Assembly: GCA_964016885.1 (NCBI GenBank)
Contig: OZ024750.1
Location: forward strand, 46,376,001 to 46,440,000
Reading direction: 5' to 3'
Source of the DNA: Eledone cirrhosa
Taxonomy: Eukaryota
Length of the DNA: 64,000 nucleotides
Made by a program: the position numbers and the translations under genes. The stretch's first letter is position 1. Every line of letters begins with the position of its first letter. The notes beneath the pieces were generated by a model. It had not been told where the DNA came from. It made no database searches and saw nothing but the letters and a program-made list of their open reading frames with translations. Of this stretch, positions 45,284 through 59,200 are shown piece after piece.

Positions 45284-45705
45284 GGAGGCACGTGGCCAGT
45301 GGTAAAGGTGTTAGACTTACGATCATAATGTCGTGGGTTCGATTCCTGGGTTACGTGTTGTGTTCTTGAGCACGACACTTCATTTCACGTTGCTCCAGTA
45401 TACTCAGCTGTAAATGAGTACCAGCAATATTTATTTAATAAATTTCAACCTCCGTATGGAGCTGGTGAGACATGAAGACAGAGAAACCTATCTAATAAAC
45501 TTCATAATTAATAAATAAAAATGAGAGAGAGAAAGAGATGGGGAAAAAAGAAAGAAAGAACGTCCATCGCAGGGTTAAACCTCCAGCGATGGACTGGCGT
45601 CCTGTCCAGGGGGGGGGGGGGTCTTGTGCTCTCAGTCGCTTCACGCCATGAAACCGCGAGAAGCACCGGCCAAATGAGCCTTCTGGCTTAAGCCAGACGT
45701 TAGAC
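45284..45705 (+). mobile_element. tRNA-derived CORE-like SINE, interrupted
   Basis: A box TGGCCAGTGG, B box GGTTCGATTCC, CORE-like GTTCTTGAGCACGACACTT...CTGTAAATGAG. The 3' part GCGATGGACTGGCGTCCTGTCCAGGG follows a 135-bp insert. Confidence 0.7.
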
Positions 45706-46100
45706 TTTTTTTTTTGTATATATTTGTATATATGTTAGAAATGTATACATGAATTCATATTTCAGATAACCTTATAGAATAAATATATCAATACAATGTT
45801 TTGTTGTATCTTTTGTATGAGTTTGTTGTATGTTTTAACTATTTCGTGTACATGTTTTTTAGGTTTTTCAGTGTGAGTGTATGTTTACAAGATGTGGAGT
45901 TTTTATATGTATTCATGGAATTTACAGAGGATACACGCTAAACTAATTCTAACTTGCAGACATTTCTACGTGCAAAATAGCACAAAAGTATACAAAACAA
46001 CACACACATCAACACAAGCCCACACACACACACAGAGTGGGTGAGATAGAGAAGAATAACGCGAGCGAGAAAGACAGAGAAAGAGAGGGGGGGGAGAGAT

Positions 46101-46157
<57 letters not shown>

Positions 46158-47152
46158 GAGAGAGAGAGATGCACATATACAAATAAAAAACTCTTATATA
46201 TCAACTGGCAGAAAGACAAACAAACGTATGCACACTTGCATCACAACACAAACATACAACGTCATATATTCCTTTGCACATATCCACATATATTCACTGG
46301 CCACAATAATTTATGCTACTTCTTTTTTCCCCACAGACACAAATGTGTTTGTAAGCATATACAAACATAAACACGCATATATCTTTACATTCATTCCTCA
46401 TTCACATACAAAACTTTACATATCTGCACACTAGACTAAACAATTCATTCTAGATCTTATAATTTCACCCACACACACACAGACACACATAAATTATATG
46501 CTGACATGCGCACACATACAAACACAAACATACTCATACTGACACATGCACTTCTTCAAATAGCCACCTCAATAGAAGCTCATAAATTCAAGTCAATCCT
46601 TCACACATATACACATACATCCAACACTCGCAAACATACTTATAGAAATATCCACACACATATTCATCACACAACAATTCATATGACATATTTTCATTGT
46701 CTGAAACACACGCACATACACCCAGGCACACACACAAGCATACATATATATATATATATGCCCCCACACATACACACATGCACACACACGAGCATACGTA
46801 TATATGTGCCCCCACACATACACATCCACTCATAAATACACGCAACTATCTACATAACTCAATTATCAATATGTTAAACAGAAATACGTACATAACCCTA
46901 GAAAGGCCCTTAAAAAATAGAGACACCAAAATATGTAAGGGAAAGGTAACACACGTGTGAGTGTATATCACAGATGTGTGAGATATATATATATGCACAC
47001 ATGTTTGATATGATACACACATGTGTACGTTTTAGCCGTGACATTCCCGACTTCGTTTCTGACATATTATATGTAAAACTGAGTTATCCAGTACATTCAT
47101 CCGATTGCAAGACAGCAGGGAGGGTTTTTGTTGCTGTTGTTGTTGGTGTTGT

Positions 47153-47200
<48 letters not shown>

Positions 47201-47204
<4 letters not shown>

Positions 47205-47402
47205 AACGAGTAGGACCCCGACGGCTGAGCTCAAGCCGTTTCGATGGCTAATTCTGGACTATTTTCGTCCAGAATTAGCCGTCGAAACGGATTGAGCTCA
47301 GCCGTCGGGGTCCTACTCGTTCCTATTACCCACTCTACTACCCTAAGTATTGAGTACTTTGGTGCGTTATGGTCCACCTGATTCCTTACCACATTTCCTT
47401 CG

Positions 47403-47405
<3 letters not shown>
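47201..47405 (+). mobile_element. Fold-back cassette, family C (59-bp arms, 7-nt loop, tail 47326-47405)
   Basis: Arms 47201-47259 / 47267-47325 with TA runs on both sides. Confidence 0.9.
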
Positions 47406-47445
<40 letters not shown>

Positions 47446-47670
47446 CAAAAGGGATATTTAATTTGTTGGTAATTCAACAAATATATATGTTTATAACTGA
47501 TTTGAAGCACTCAACAAATTTCTGGAGTATAATATCAATGATATTAATAAATGGAAACTATATTTATAAAACCATATTTATTCTATTATATATATTTCAA
47601 CTATCCAGGAAAAACTTGAACCGTTAAGATCTCCTTCCTGGATATGTCAATATTTATAAAACAAACTTTG

Positions 47671-47731
47671 TATTTTATCTGATGAGGGCGCACCAAAGTT
47701 TTGGTACCCTTGAAATATATATAATAGAATA
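47671..47731 (+). ncRNA. Type I hammerhead ribozyme motif, family A
   Basis: TATTTTAT-CTGATGA-GGGcgcACCAAAgTTTTGGTaCCCtt-GAAA-TATATA-TA^-ATAGAATA, inside the fold-back cassette 47444-47776. Confidence 0.8.
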
Positions 47732-47770
47732 AATATGGTTTTATAAATAGTTTCCATTTATTAATATTAT

Positions 47771-47832
<62 letters not shown>

Positions 47833-47834
<2 letters not shown>

Positions 47835-48106
47835 CTGGCCGGCGCTACTATATAGGCACACTAGGCAGCCGACTAGGGCAGTGATTTCAATGTCACATTT
47901 CTAAAAGTCAACGAACAATTTTGAAAAATAAATAAATAAATTCCTGTTTTATTGTGGGTCGGTTTTTTTTATCCTTGTTTATTTCATACAGGGACAAATA
48001 AATGTTGAAACACCTTTGTTCTTAATTTATTCTTTATACATTTTTAAATTGATATTTTCCTTGCAGAAATTAACCTAGCCTAGGGTGCCAGATAGACTGA
48101 CACCGG

Positions 48107-48110
<4 letters not shown>
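47833..48110. mobile_element. Harbinger/hAT-like MITE with GGCCGG termini
   Basis: Ends GGCCGGCG.. / ..CACCGGCCCT with CTAGGG subterminal motifs. Confidence 0.5.
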
Positions 48111-48173
<63 letters not shown>

Positions 48174-48234
48174 AGAAAAACCACAAACCCTCCATCTTAA
48201 TTCTACTTTTGAAAAGCACAAGAACTGCGAAACC

Positions 48235-48340
<106 letters not shown>

Positions 48341-48382
48341 CAATATATTAATAAATGGAAACTATATTTATAAAACCATATT

Positions 48383-48448
48383 TATTTTATTATACATATT
48401 TCAAGGGCAACCAAGGCAAATTATGGTGCGCTTTCATCAGATAAAATA
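48383..48448 (-). ncRNA. Type I hammerhead ribozyme motif, family A (unpaired copy)
   Basis: Minus strand reads TATTTTAT-CTGATGA-AAGcGCACC...GGTtGCcCTT-GAAA-TATGTA-TA^-ATAAAATA, with a perfect 8-bp helix I. Confidence 0.78.
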
Positions 48449-48671
48449 CAGATTTGTTTTATAAATAAATATTGACCTACCCGGAAAAAAAGACAACATT
48501 AACGGTTGGATCTTCCTGGATATATATATATATATATATATGCAAAAGTTCTATTTAAATTGTTGGGATACAACAAGCAAATATTTTTATAACTGATATA
48601 AAGCACTCGACAAATATTTGGAGTAAATATACGATATTAATAAATGGAAACTATATTTATAAAACCATATT

Positions 48672-48736
48672 TATTTCATTATACTTATTTCAAGGATACC
48701 ATGTTAAATTATCGTATGCCTTCATCAGATAAAATA
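48672..48736 (-). ncRNA. Type I hammerhead ribozyme motif, family A (left arm)
   Basis: TCATCAG at 48722-48728, with TTTC and helix I in the expected reverse-complement positions. Confidence 0.7.
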
Positions 48737-48772
48737 CAATATATACCAGTTTAATAAACCTGGTATATATTG

Positions 48773-48837
48773 TATTTTATCTGATGAAGGCATACCATAA
48801 TTTAACACGGTATCCTTGAAATATGTATAATGAAATA
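48773..48837 (+). ncRNA. Type I hammerhead ribozyme motif, family A
   Basis: TATTTTAT-CTGATGA-AGGcATACC...GGTATCCTt-GAAA-TATGTA-TA^-ATGAAATA, in the right arm of fold-back 48630-48879. Confidence 0.8.
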
Positions 48838-48876
48838 AATATGGTTTTATAAATATAGTTTCCATTTATTAATATC

Positions 48877-49001
<125 letters not shown>

Positions 49002-51248
49002 CATGTATGGATGGATGGGGCAGTTAATTGTTAAATGATAATGTTCAGTTGTTATGCAAATACATGTACCATTATAACTGTATTGAAACGAACTTAGAAT
49101 TAAAGGAATGAATGTAAGTTGGTAATCTTGACTCATTTCTAATATTTCATTTTAATGCTCCGCTCCCTGAACTGTCCTTAAAAACAAGATATTTAACAGT
49201 CGATAACTTTATCTCCATTATGAACCGAGGATTGTAATGTCCATTGATCTTTCACCTTACCAAAGAAAATACTGAAGTACTATATTATAACCACATATTT
49301 TAATATTTATAAATATACATCCCAAGAGATTATATTAATAGATAGTCTTTTAGCATAGGAGAAGTATAGATGGTGTTTGTCATGTGTGTTTGTAAGTGTA
49401 TTATGTGTGTATGGGTGTGTGTGTAAACATTTTTGCCTTTCCTTGTTACTTTTGTCACTGTTTCATATATGAATATTTACACACACCTATGTACATTCAA
49501 TGCTCTACCACAGTTTCCGTCTACCGAATGCTGAGAGGTGCCCTCCATAACCACAGAACATTTGAAGAATGTTTATAAAGCCAGAGAAATGAAAGAATGT
49601 TTGTCCTGGATATGAAAATTAAATTTGAAGTAAAGATTTAGACTAAAGTAGACATTTTAGCAGAGAAATTGAAGGCAACGCCGTCTTAATGGCATTATAA
49701 ACCCCCAGGGCAAAGACACCCACTGCCTGCCCTACATACACGTCCACGAATTAATTGTAATCTAATTTATTTAAATATAATGATGGAAAACGAAGTTGAT
49801 GGTCTAAAACACTAAAAACATAGTCCTATTTTACTTCATTTCCACCAGACTGTAGGCTCAGTTTTGGCAGAATCATTAATACTTCAGATTTGCCGTATTT
49901 AGTTACGTCCCTTTCCGTTCTCAGTTCAAATGACACCGAGATCAACTTTGCTTTTATGAGAATAAGCATTTAAAAATTCTTCCAATGCTAGTATTTTTAC
50001 GAAAGTATCAGAGATGCTGTTAGTGTAGTTTATAGTGAACATCAAATGAAGAGAAGGTGAAATAATCTTTATTATAATGACAATATATACCTAACCTCTG
50101 ATTACATAACATGAAACGATGGATATATAACGTGATATGAAAGTTAGATGGAATATATGTGCTCTGTGATGAGGAGAGATGTAATAACAAGAATGATAGA
50201 ATCTCTAGATATGATGCTTGATATACTAGACACCATTATAATAATAATTGGATCACTAGGAATTGTATATCATAGACTAGATAAGTGCGGTGGTTTGGCA
50301 GTAACAGTAGAGCGACGGATAACATGATTTGCAGCATATAGATACGTTCCTGCATATTGAGTTCTAGTACCACCTAGGTTAGCTTTGCATTTCATCCATA
50401 CGTGTTCCATACCACGTATCGATGAAATGCATACCAGTAACGCACTGAGGTCGATTTAATCGACTTTTATCTCACCCAAATTGTTGGCCTTCTGCCTAAA
50501 CCAGAAACCGTTAAAGGTTAGACATGCAGTTAACTAAATCACTGAGATATATATGATATGAATTGTCATAATATCTATAAATATGTTTCTATTACAGTTA
50601 AGTAAAAGATACAGGTAGATATAATAGATATACTGATGGAATCTTGAGCTGTGCTGATATCTGATAGATGAATGGTTAACAAAACAGGGGCATATACGTA
50701 ACACTAAAATACGCTATGTTTCTAATGGAATAGGTGAATGATTACTTCTAATTTTGGGATATATATATAAAGGGATTCTATTTAAGGCATGACGTTAGCA
50801 ATTTGGGGAAGGGAAATTGGATTAAATCGAGCCCAGTTACCGACTGGTTTATTATTTTAACGAACTCGAATGAATAAAATGGATAGCGTGTAAAGTTGAT
50901 CTCGTCATTATATAAACTCAGAATGTTCAGATCTAGAAAACAATGCCATAAACCAGAGATTCTCAATTTTTGTATGGCCACCACCCGCCTCACTGTCACA
51001 TAATACCCTCGGCGCCCCAACCCTATTTACAGAGAAACCTGCCGACAGGCAAATTTTAAATAACATATAATATATTAAACCGATAATTTATATATAACTA
51101 ACAGACTGGCCCGGCGTTGCTCGGTATTTGTTCTAGGGTTCTTATATATTTCATATACATTTATCCTTATCGAGCCTCGTCAAGTAATTATGTTTGTCTA
51201 TATTTTGTTATTGTGCATGCAAAAATATCTGTACACGAATATAAAATT

Positions 51249-51282
<34 letters not shown>

Positions 51283-51508
51283 CGATCGACTTTCGTCAAA
51301 TCGGACCGAGGAAACAATGTTTCCATCGGTCTTTCCAGTTGCTAGTACTATCTATCGGTCGCAACTCCAGGTAGAAGGAGCAACGTGAAATAAAATGTCT
51401 TGCTCAAGGACATAACGCATCGACCGGTCCAGAACTCGAACTCACAACCTCAAGAGTGTGAATCCAATTCTCTAACCACTCAGCCACACGCCTTCACTAT
51501 ATATATAT

Positions 51509-51925
51509 ATAGTATAAAAAAAACAAAAATCAGTGATGCATCTGGACTCAGTTTATTGCGTGTTACAATTGTTTCGCCGGCAGGTAGCTCGAGACATGAT
51601 CACTCTATGGATCTGGCTGACTCTACGGCTGCAGGTTTCCCCTGGACACGGGCAGTTCGTTCGGAGCAAATTTTCTCACTGGGGTGTCATCGTCAAGAAA
51701 CACCTTCAAAAACATCTTCCATTCTTGTCATGCCATTGGTTGTTGTTATTCGACGTCATCTTAAGTTCTGGTCACTATTTACTGCTACACGGGTCATCAG
51801 CCATTTTCCGTCCGACACACTTCAATGGAGTCATGCAGGGTTCGGTATCTCACACGTCTGTTCACACTCCAGAGTATGTACCCACTCATACACACACATA
51901 TACTCACACACGGGCAGGCACACAC
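51509..51925 (-). mobile_element. Inverted copy of the 54295-54710 PLE pseudo-LTR
   Basis: Close reverse complement of ~54295-54710. It starts at a TA run and lacks the 54711-54797 tail. Confidence 0.85.
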
Positions 51926-52500
51926 ACCAGCGTGCATACACATATGTACGCATACATGTGTAGACACACATACCCCCATGCAGATATATACACGCATACA
52001 CTCTCCCTCTGTTCCACAAACCCAGGCACACCCACATCTAGATATTGACCGCCAAAAGCCTATTAGCGCCTGCATAAACCGCGCCATACATCCGGTCCTA
52101 GGCGCACGCAAATGCGCACACACGCGCAGACACACACGTCTGTATACACACACATTTATATACACCCGTATATAAACACATAGATAAACCCTGTCCTATG
52201 TGGGTGTACGTACGCGCCCACACACACACCCACCCACTAACAGATACTCACACCATATATAAATATTTTTTTTAAAATTTATATATAAACACACACACAT
52301 ATACACATATACACACGCATGCAGACACACACGTATACACATATACATATATGCATACGCTCACATACATACACATACAGATGTATACACGCACATACAC
52401 ATGGAAACTTATATGCACATATGTCCATATGTGTACACACACCCACGCAAACATACAATATACACACACATACGCGCGCACACCTACCAACGCACAACCT

Positions 52501-52566
<66 letters not shown>

Positions 52567-52571
52567 TATAT

Positions 52572-52613
<42 letters not shown>

Positions 52614-53205
52614 GTACATATACAAAATACACATACGTACACCCACATATATACATACATATATATACATGCACACATATATACACCTACATACATATAC
52701 ATACGCACACGGACGGCCACATGCAGACACATGCACATATGCATATTCGCTTAGACACACATGCTTCCACATATACATATATAAACAAAACCGTAAAATA
52801 AAAATACAATATATAATAAATAACACAATATACCATAAGATAACAGTAAATAACATAACATAAAATAAAATATCAATATAGTATACAATATAATATACAT
52901 ATATACATATACATGCACACATATTCGTACATACATATACGGATATACAATGGATATATGATAAAATAATAATAATAATAATAATTGTTTCTACAATAGG
53001 CACAAGGCCAGCAATTATCCCAGTGTATTACTGGTACTTTATTTCAGCGACCCCCGTTAGGATGAAAGGTAAAGTTAATATCAACGGGATTTGAACTTAG
53101 AATGGCAAGGGCCGTAACTCTATGCGTCAAAGCATGGCGCCGAGCCTCTACCAATAGTAATAATAATAATAATAATATATAATCCATCCATACACATTCC
53201 TGTGA

Positions 53206-53255
<50 letters not shown>

Positions 53256-53447
53256 ATATCTGCATTGCTTTATTGTACTACAATAAAACTCACCTCCTAC
53301 ATTATATATATATATATATATACACACATAAATACACATACATATAGAGACCCACATATGCATACATACGCACACACACATATATATACATACGCACCCA
53401 CATACACACACATACTCATACGCAGCTATACGTACATATATTTTTAG

Positions 53448-53655
53448 ACGATCGACTTTCGTCAAATCGGACCGAGGAAACAATGTTTCCGTCGGTCTTT
53501 CCAGTTGCTATTACTATCTATCGGTCGCAACTCCAGGTAGAAGGAACAACGTGAAATAAAGTGTCTTGCCCAAGGACATAACGCATCGCCCGGTCCACGA
53601 ATCGAACTCACAACCTCAAGATTGTGAATCCAATTCTCTAACCACTCATCCACAC
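53448..53655 (-). mobile_element. CORE-like tRNA SINE (near-identical copy at 51282-51492, related copy at 63100-63300)
   Basis: Minus strand reads GAGTGGTTAGAG...GAGTTCGATTC...GTCCTTGGGCAAGACACTT. Confidence 0.75.
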
Positions 53656-53999
53656 ATATATACATATGTGTATATACATATATATATACACACTCAGCCA
53701 CATATGTACATACATGTACATGCATGTATACACACGCTTATAAGCTCATGCATATACGTACACATGTATACATACACACCCACGTATATATATATTTCTA
53801 CATACACACACACATACATATACCTACGCACAGGTCTACACATAAAAACACACATATAAACACAATAGGATAATAAAATAAAATAAATAAATATATGTTA
53901 ACAATATTTTAAAATACATTAAAATCTGTATGTAACTTCACAAATAGATAAATAAAAAAGGGGTAAATAAAAAACGGGGGGGGGGGGTACAGGAGAAGG

Positions 54000-54794
54000 T
54001 ACGTGTATCTATGTTATATACTACACACAGGTAGTATGAGGTGCAAACTTAGGTCCGTATATGGAACAAATGTGGGACATGAAATACCAAGGCACTCCGT
54101 ACGCCCTGGAATGGAGTATCGTTCGCATGCGAGGGCATATTCGGCTGGAAGTAGAAAGTGCCGATTATGCCTACACGAAGCCATGGAGATAGTCAAACTG
54201 AAAGATGACGCGGTCAACCTGAAGTCTGAAATTATCATGACCTGCAGACACCAGAGAAGATGCACATTTGCAGCATGGAATCCTCCGGGTGTCTGTGCCT
54301 GCCCTTGTGTGTGTATATATGTGTGTATGTGTGTGCGGGTACATACTCTGGAGTGTGAACAGACGTGTGAGATACGGAACCCAGCATGACTCCATTGAAG
54401 TGTGTCGGACGGAAAATGGCTGATGACCCGTGTAGCAGTAAATAGTGACCAGAACTTAAGATGACGTCGAATAACAACAGCCAATGGCATGACAAGAATG
54501 GAAGATGTTTTTTGAAGGTTTTTTCTGACGATAACACCCCAGTGAGAAAATTTGCTCGGAACGAACTACCCGTGTCCGTAAGAACCTGCAGCCGTAGAGT
54601 CAGCCAGATCCATAGAGTGATCATGTCTCGAGCGACCTGCCGGCGAAACAATTGTAACACGCAATAAACTGAGTCCAGATGCATTACTGATTTTTCGTTT
54701 TTTTATACTATCCACACTCTACTCTGTATGAATATATTGATTGGTAATTTTGGCATGCGGCCTATGGAAGCACCATAGCTACCATTATACACAA

Positions 54795-54797
<3 letters not shown>
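54000..54797 (+). mobile_element. 3' fragment of a second PLE family (GIY-YIG C-terminus + pseudo-LTR + tail)
   Basis: AYSAGSRKCRLCLHEAMEI...VNLKSEIIMTCRH resembles the CxLCxxE...LNxxxE...CRH end of PLE endonucleases. It is followed by a ~380 bp repeat and ends in (TA)n. Confidence 0.65.
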
Positions 54798-54844
<47 letters not shown>

Positions 54845-54953
54845 CAGATTAAAGTTTAAGCGAAGAATCGCTGCTTTCACCCTTAATGGGATCTTCTGAA
54901 ACTAAAAAAATCAATCTGTGAAGGCAGAAGTAAATATTTCGAAAAACGTTTCA

Positions 54954-55003
<50 letters not shown>

Positions 55004-55877
55004 GCAGATACTGAAGTCATAATGTCGTAATGCAGACAGCCAGACATACAGACATATTTTATAAGGGCGCACCAGTCTATGTGTCTATCTAAAAAGAAAG
55101 ACTAACAATTATAGAGAGAGATCGCTAAATCGCCTAATGCGGTCCCTAGGGCATTGAACATTTGAATTATTCTTTTCTGAAAAGGCTCACAGGACCATAA
55201 ATATTACATATGTCCAGTTTGAAAACAATCGGTTGGTTGGTTCTCGAGTTTTAGTGAGCTGACAGACAGACAGACATTCTCTGTTTTAGATATATAGATA
55301 AGTAATGTAACATATACTATATATAAATAAATATTATATATTTTTATATTTCACTATATTTATATATAATATGTATCATTTGATATTTAATATAATATGT
55401 ATCATGTGATATTTAATATCTACCGCCTCACCACCCTCTTAGGCCCTAGCACCCCACGGACTTTCTCAATGTCCCCCGGGGCACAGTAGCGCGTAACTTG
55501 AGAACCTCTGCCGTAAACATTTCATCCGACAAACTAATTTTCTGACAACCCACTGACCATATAAATGTAATATTAATAGTGATAGAATCCAAACGAATAT
55601 ATTAATATATATATTAATTGTTTCTACTTTAAGCACAAGGCCAGCAATACACCAGTGCATTACTGGTACTTTATTTTATCGACCCCGTAAGGATGAAAGG
55701 CAAAGTGAACCTCGGCTATATATTAATACGCTAATACCTACGTGTCGTCTGTCCGACCGTGTGTGTCACTCTTTCAGTAAAACAATGAAGGGGGGTGGTA
55801 AACAATCTACGAAAATCTACGGTGAAAGAAAATCAAAGAGCGCTGCAACGTTTGGAAAGGAGAGAGAGAGAGGGTTA

Positions 55878-55931
<54 letters not shown>

Positions 55932-56289
55932 GGGGGTGTTATAATATATAGAGAGGGTGGTTTTAATATATAAAGAAAGGGTTGGGTTTATATTTAGAGA
56001 GAGGGGGTTTATAATATATTTAAAGATAAGTTTCTTTTATTTGCCACTAGGGCATCAAAAGTAGGACAAGTACAAAGGGGGGAGTTTACACAAAAAGGCG
56101 TCCTCAATAAGGAGGCAATAACAAAATATAAAAATAAAATAAGATATAACAAAAAATAAAATTTTTAACAAAATCCTCAATAGAGAGGAGGCGCCTTGGG
56201 GGGTCGCACACACCCCCGAAAAAAGTGTGCAACCCTTTTCCTCAGGAGCACAGAGAGGGGGTGCTCCCTCGTTCCTTCCTCTTTTCCAC

Positions 56290-59200
56290 CTACAGGCTTA
56301 TGTAAAGAGAAGGCCCATTCACACGGGCCATTCTCGCCACTTTCACCCACCTTTCATAAAAACGACTGGGGTGCAGCACCTCTCTCTCCATCCTGATCCT
56401 TCTTCCGAAATGATATCGGAAGAAACGGACCAGTTGTTGGCCAGAGAGAAAGGTGCCTGACCTCAGTCCTTTCAGACGCGTCCACCATACAACCTCTTTC
56501 GCCATGGCTATTACGCACAGAAACACCGCCTCTGCTTCATCTTTGAAGGGGGGAGGCGGCTTGATCATTACAATAGACTCGGTGGTCAACCGGATCGGTC
56601 CCACCCCTGACAGCAGTTGTTCGACATAGCCCCACAGATCGGCTACGCCCGAGCAGTGTACCAATGCGTGTGCAACGGTTTCCTCGTCGCACACGCATCT
56701 GGGACAGATCTTTTTGGCGGGGTCCCTACCCGGGCGCCCGTGTCTGTAGAGCCTTTCTCGAACGGGTAAAGCCCCTCGGTAGCACTGCCAGGCCAGGGAC
56801 TTCTGGAAGTTGTCCATAGGTCCCGGGCTGAATGTCCTACCGAACAGGCTGGCCAGTTCGTCCTCCTCCATGTCTAGGGCTTCTCCGAGGGCGTCGTCGC
56901 ACCTGCTGCGTACCAGCCCTCTATAGAATGTTGCGATGGAGTCTCCACTGATAACCGGATCCGCCTGCCAGAGGGCGGTGAGCGCCTGGGCACACTCAGT
57001 GTGCCAGGCGCCCAGTTTTCTCGGTCTTTGCTTGACCCAGGATTGCAGCTCGGTGAGTGAGACGAGTCTGGGAAAGGTTCGTCTCACAAACGAGGCCCAC
57101 ACCGGTTGTCCAGTGAGGAATACGTAGAGGTGCCGTAGCCTTAATGCGTGTTTACGCATCATTAGCCACGGCATCCCCAGCCCTCCTTTCGAAGGGTGTT
57201 GACAGCAGATGGATATCCTCACCATAGGAGCCCGCCTCTTCCAAAGGAATTGGAAGAGCGCGCGCTCCATCTTGGTGAGGGTTTCCCTTGGGCAGGGCAC
57301 TACGGTCAGGCGGTAGTAGATGACGGACGCTATATAAGTGTTCGCCACCTCCGCCCGACCTTTCAGGGATAGTTTGCAACTGGCCCACTTCTGGGTCAGT
57401 GCAAACACCCTGTTCGTAACCTCCGCCCAGTTTTTCTCCACCTGGAGGTCCGGTCCGAACCAGACCCCGAGCAACTTCACCGGGCCCTCCGTCCAGCGTC
57501 CGACGACGCCATCAGAGGGCATCGGTCTGCCCCTCCACGTGCCGAGTTGCAAACCGATCGACTTGTCCCGGTTCAGCTTAGCCCCTGTGAACTTTTCGTA
57601 CTCCTCCAGTAAGGTGCCGACCGCCTCGATTTCGGAGGCCGTCGACACCATTACTGTCACATCATCGGCGTAGGCTGACACCGCTTTCCGCAATCCCGGT
57701 TCCAAAGGGATGCCCTGCAACAACTCCAACTTCCGCAGTAGTGGCTCGAGAGTCAACACATACAGAAGGGAGGAGAGAGGGCACCCTTGTCGGATGGACC
57801 GCGCGATTTTGAACGGCTCCGAGAGGTAGCCGTTCACCTTGACCCTAGAGCAGATGCGGCTGCTGTGCATAGCAGTGATCCAGCCCCTGAAAACGGGTCC
57901 GAAGCCTGCCGCCGCTAGCACCGCATCCAGGTAACCATGGTCGACCCTATCGAACGCCTTAGATTGATCCAAGTTGATCAGAGCCCCACCAAAGCCGGGT
58001 TCGTTCCCAACCCTCTCTATGATGTATCGCATGAGGTGGAGGTTGTCATGGATGGACCTGGACGGGATAGCGCATGTCTGCGCATCTCCCACCAGGTTTC
58101 CCACGACAAGCCCCAACCTCTTTGCTAGCACCTTGGCCAAAATCTGTAACTCTGTATTTAGCAGAGTTATGGGCCTGAAGTTACTTATTTCGTCCCCCTT
58201 GTTCTCGTCCTTCCTCACTAGCGTGACTACGCCCTTGGTCACAGTACAGGGAATTCTCCCGTTCTGTTGCCAGTTGCAGTAGACCGCCTCGAGGAGATCG
58301 GGGAACAAGTCCGGCATAGCTAGATATAATTCGTAAGGAAGACCATCGAGACCCGGGGATTTGCGTTTGCCGCATTGGCTCAGCACGTCCTCTATCTCAG
58401 CGGCCGAAATCGGCTCCTCGCAGGACTTCGCCTCCCTGTCCGAGAGGCGCGGCAGGCCGTCGAGGTATGGACCGAAGTCCACGTTCCCAACCGGCTCCCC
58501 GCCCCTCCCGAACAGTCGGGCAAAGTGCCTTTGAAAGGCCTCACACATCTGCTTAGGCTCAAGAATCGCCCGTCCATCCAGGTCTCGCAAAGACCGGATG
58601 GTGGATTTAGTTCCACTGTTGGCCTCTGTCACGCGGGCCCAGCTAACAGCTTTGGCCCCCTCGTTCCCTAGAGCACGTATTTTACTTCGGACAACGCAGC
58701 CTTCGTGCTTCGCGTCGAAAAACTGGCTCAAAGCCGTTCTCGACGCTAGCACTCTGGCCACGTCGCCGCTTCTAATTGCCTCTTCTACTCTATCTATTAG
58801 CTCCCTTTCCTTCCTATTCCTATCCGCAGCTAGAACCTTACTAAATTCAATCGAGACTACTCTAATCTCTCTCTTTAGAGATACCCACCACCTGCTGTTG
58901 ACGATCGCTCCAGTCAACCGTTCCTTAACTAACGTACTAATCCGATTCCTGTAGGCTCTACTTGCCGGCAAGGACAAGTTGAGTTTCCAGTAACCGGGGC
59001 CCTGTCTATGCGTTCTATCAAGGTTGACCATGCAGGTCACCAACTTGTGATCTGAATAGCCAACCATGAGCATTTCTGGACAACTTAAAAAGTCCCTGTC
59101 CTTATTTCTAACTAAAAATCTATCTAGGTACGATCTAGATGATCCGCTGCGATTTGACCAAGACCAGGTTGGCACCGTCGGAAAATCTAGTCGAAATCTA

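Noticed and set aside
45284-45360. tRNA gene
   Set aside because: It has A/B boxes but no complete acceptor stem, and it continues into a SINE body.
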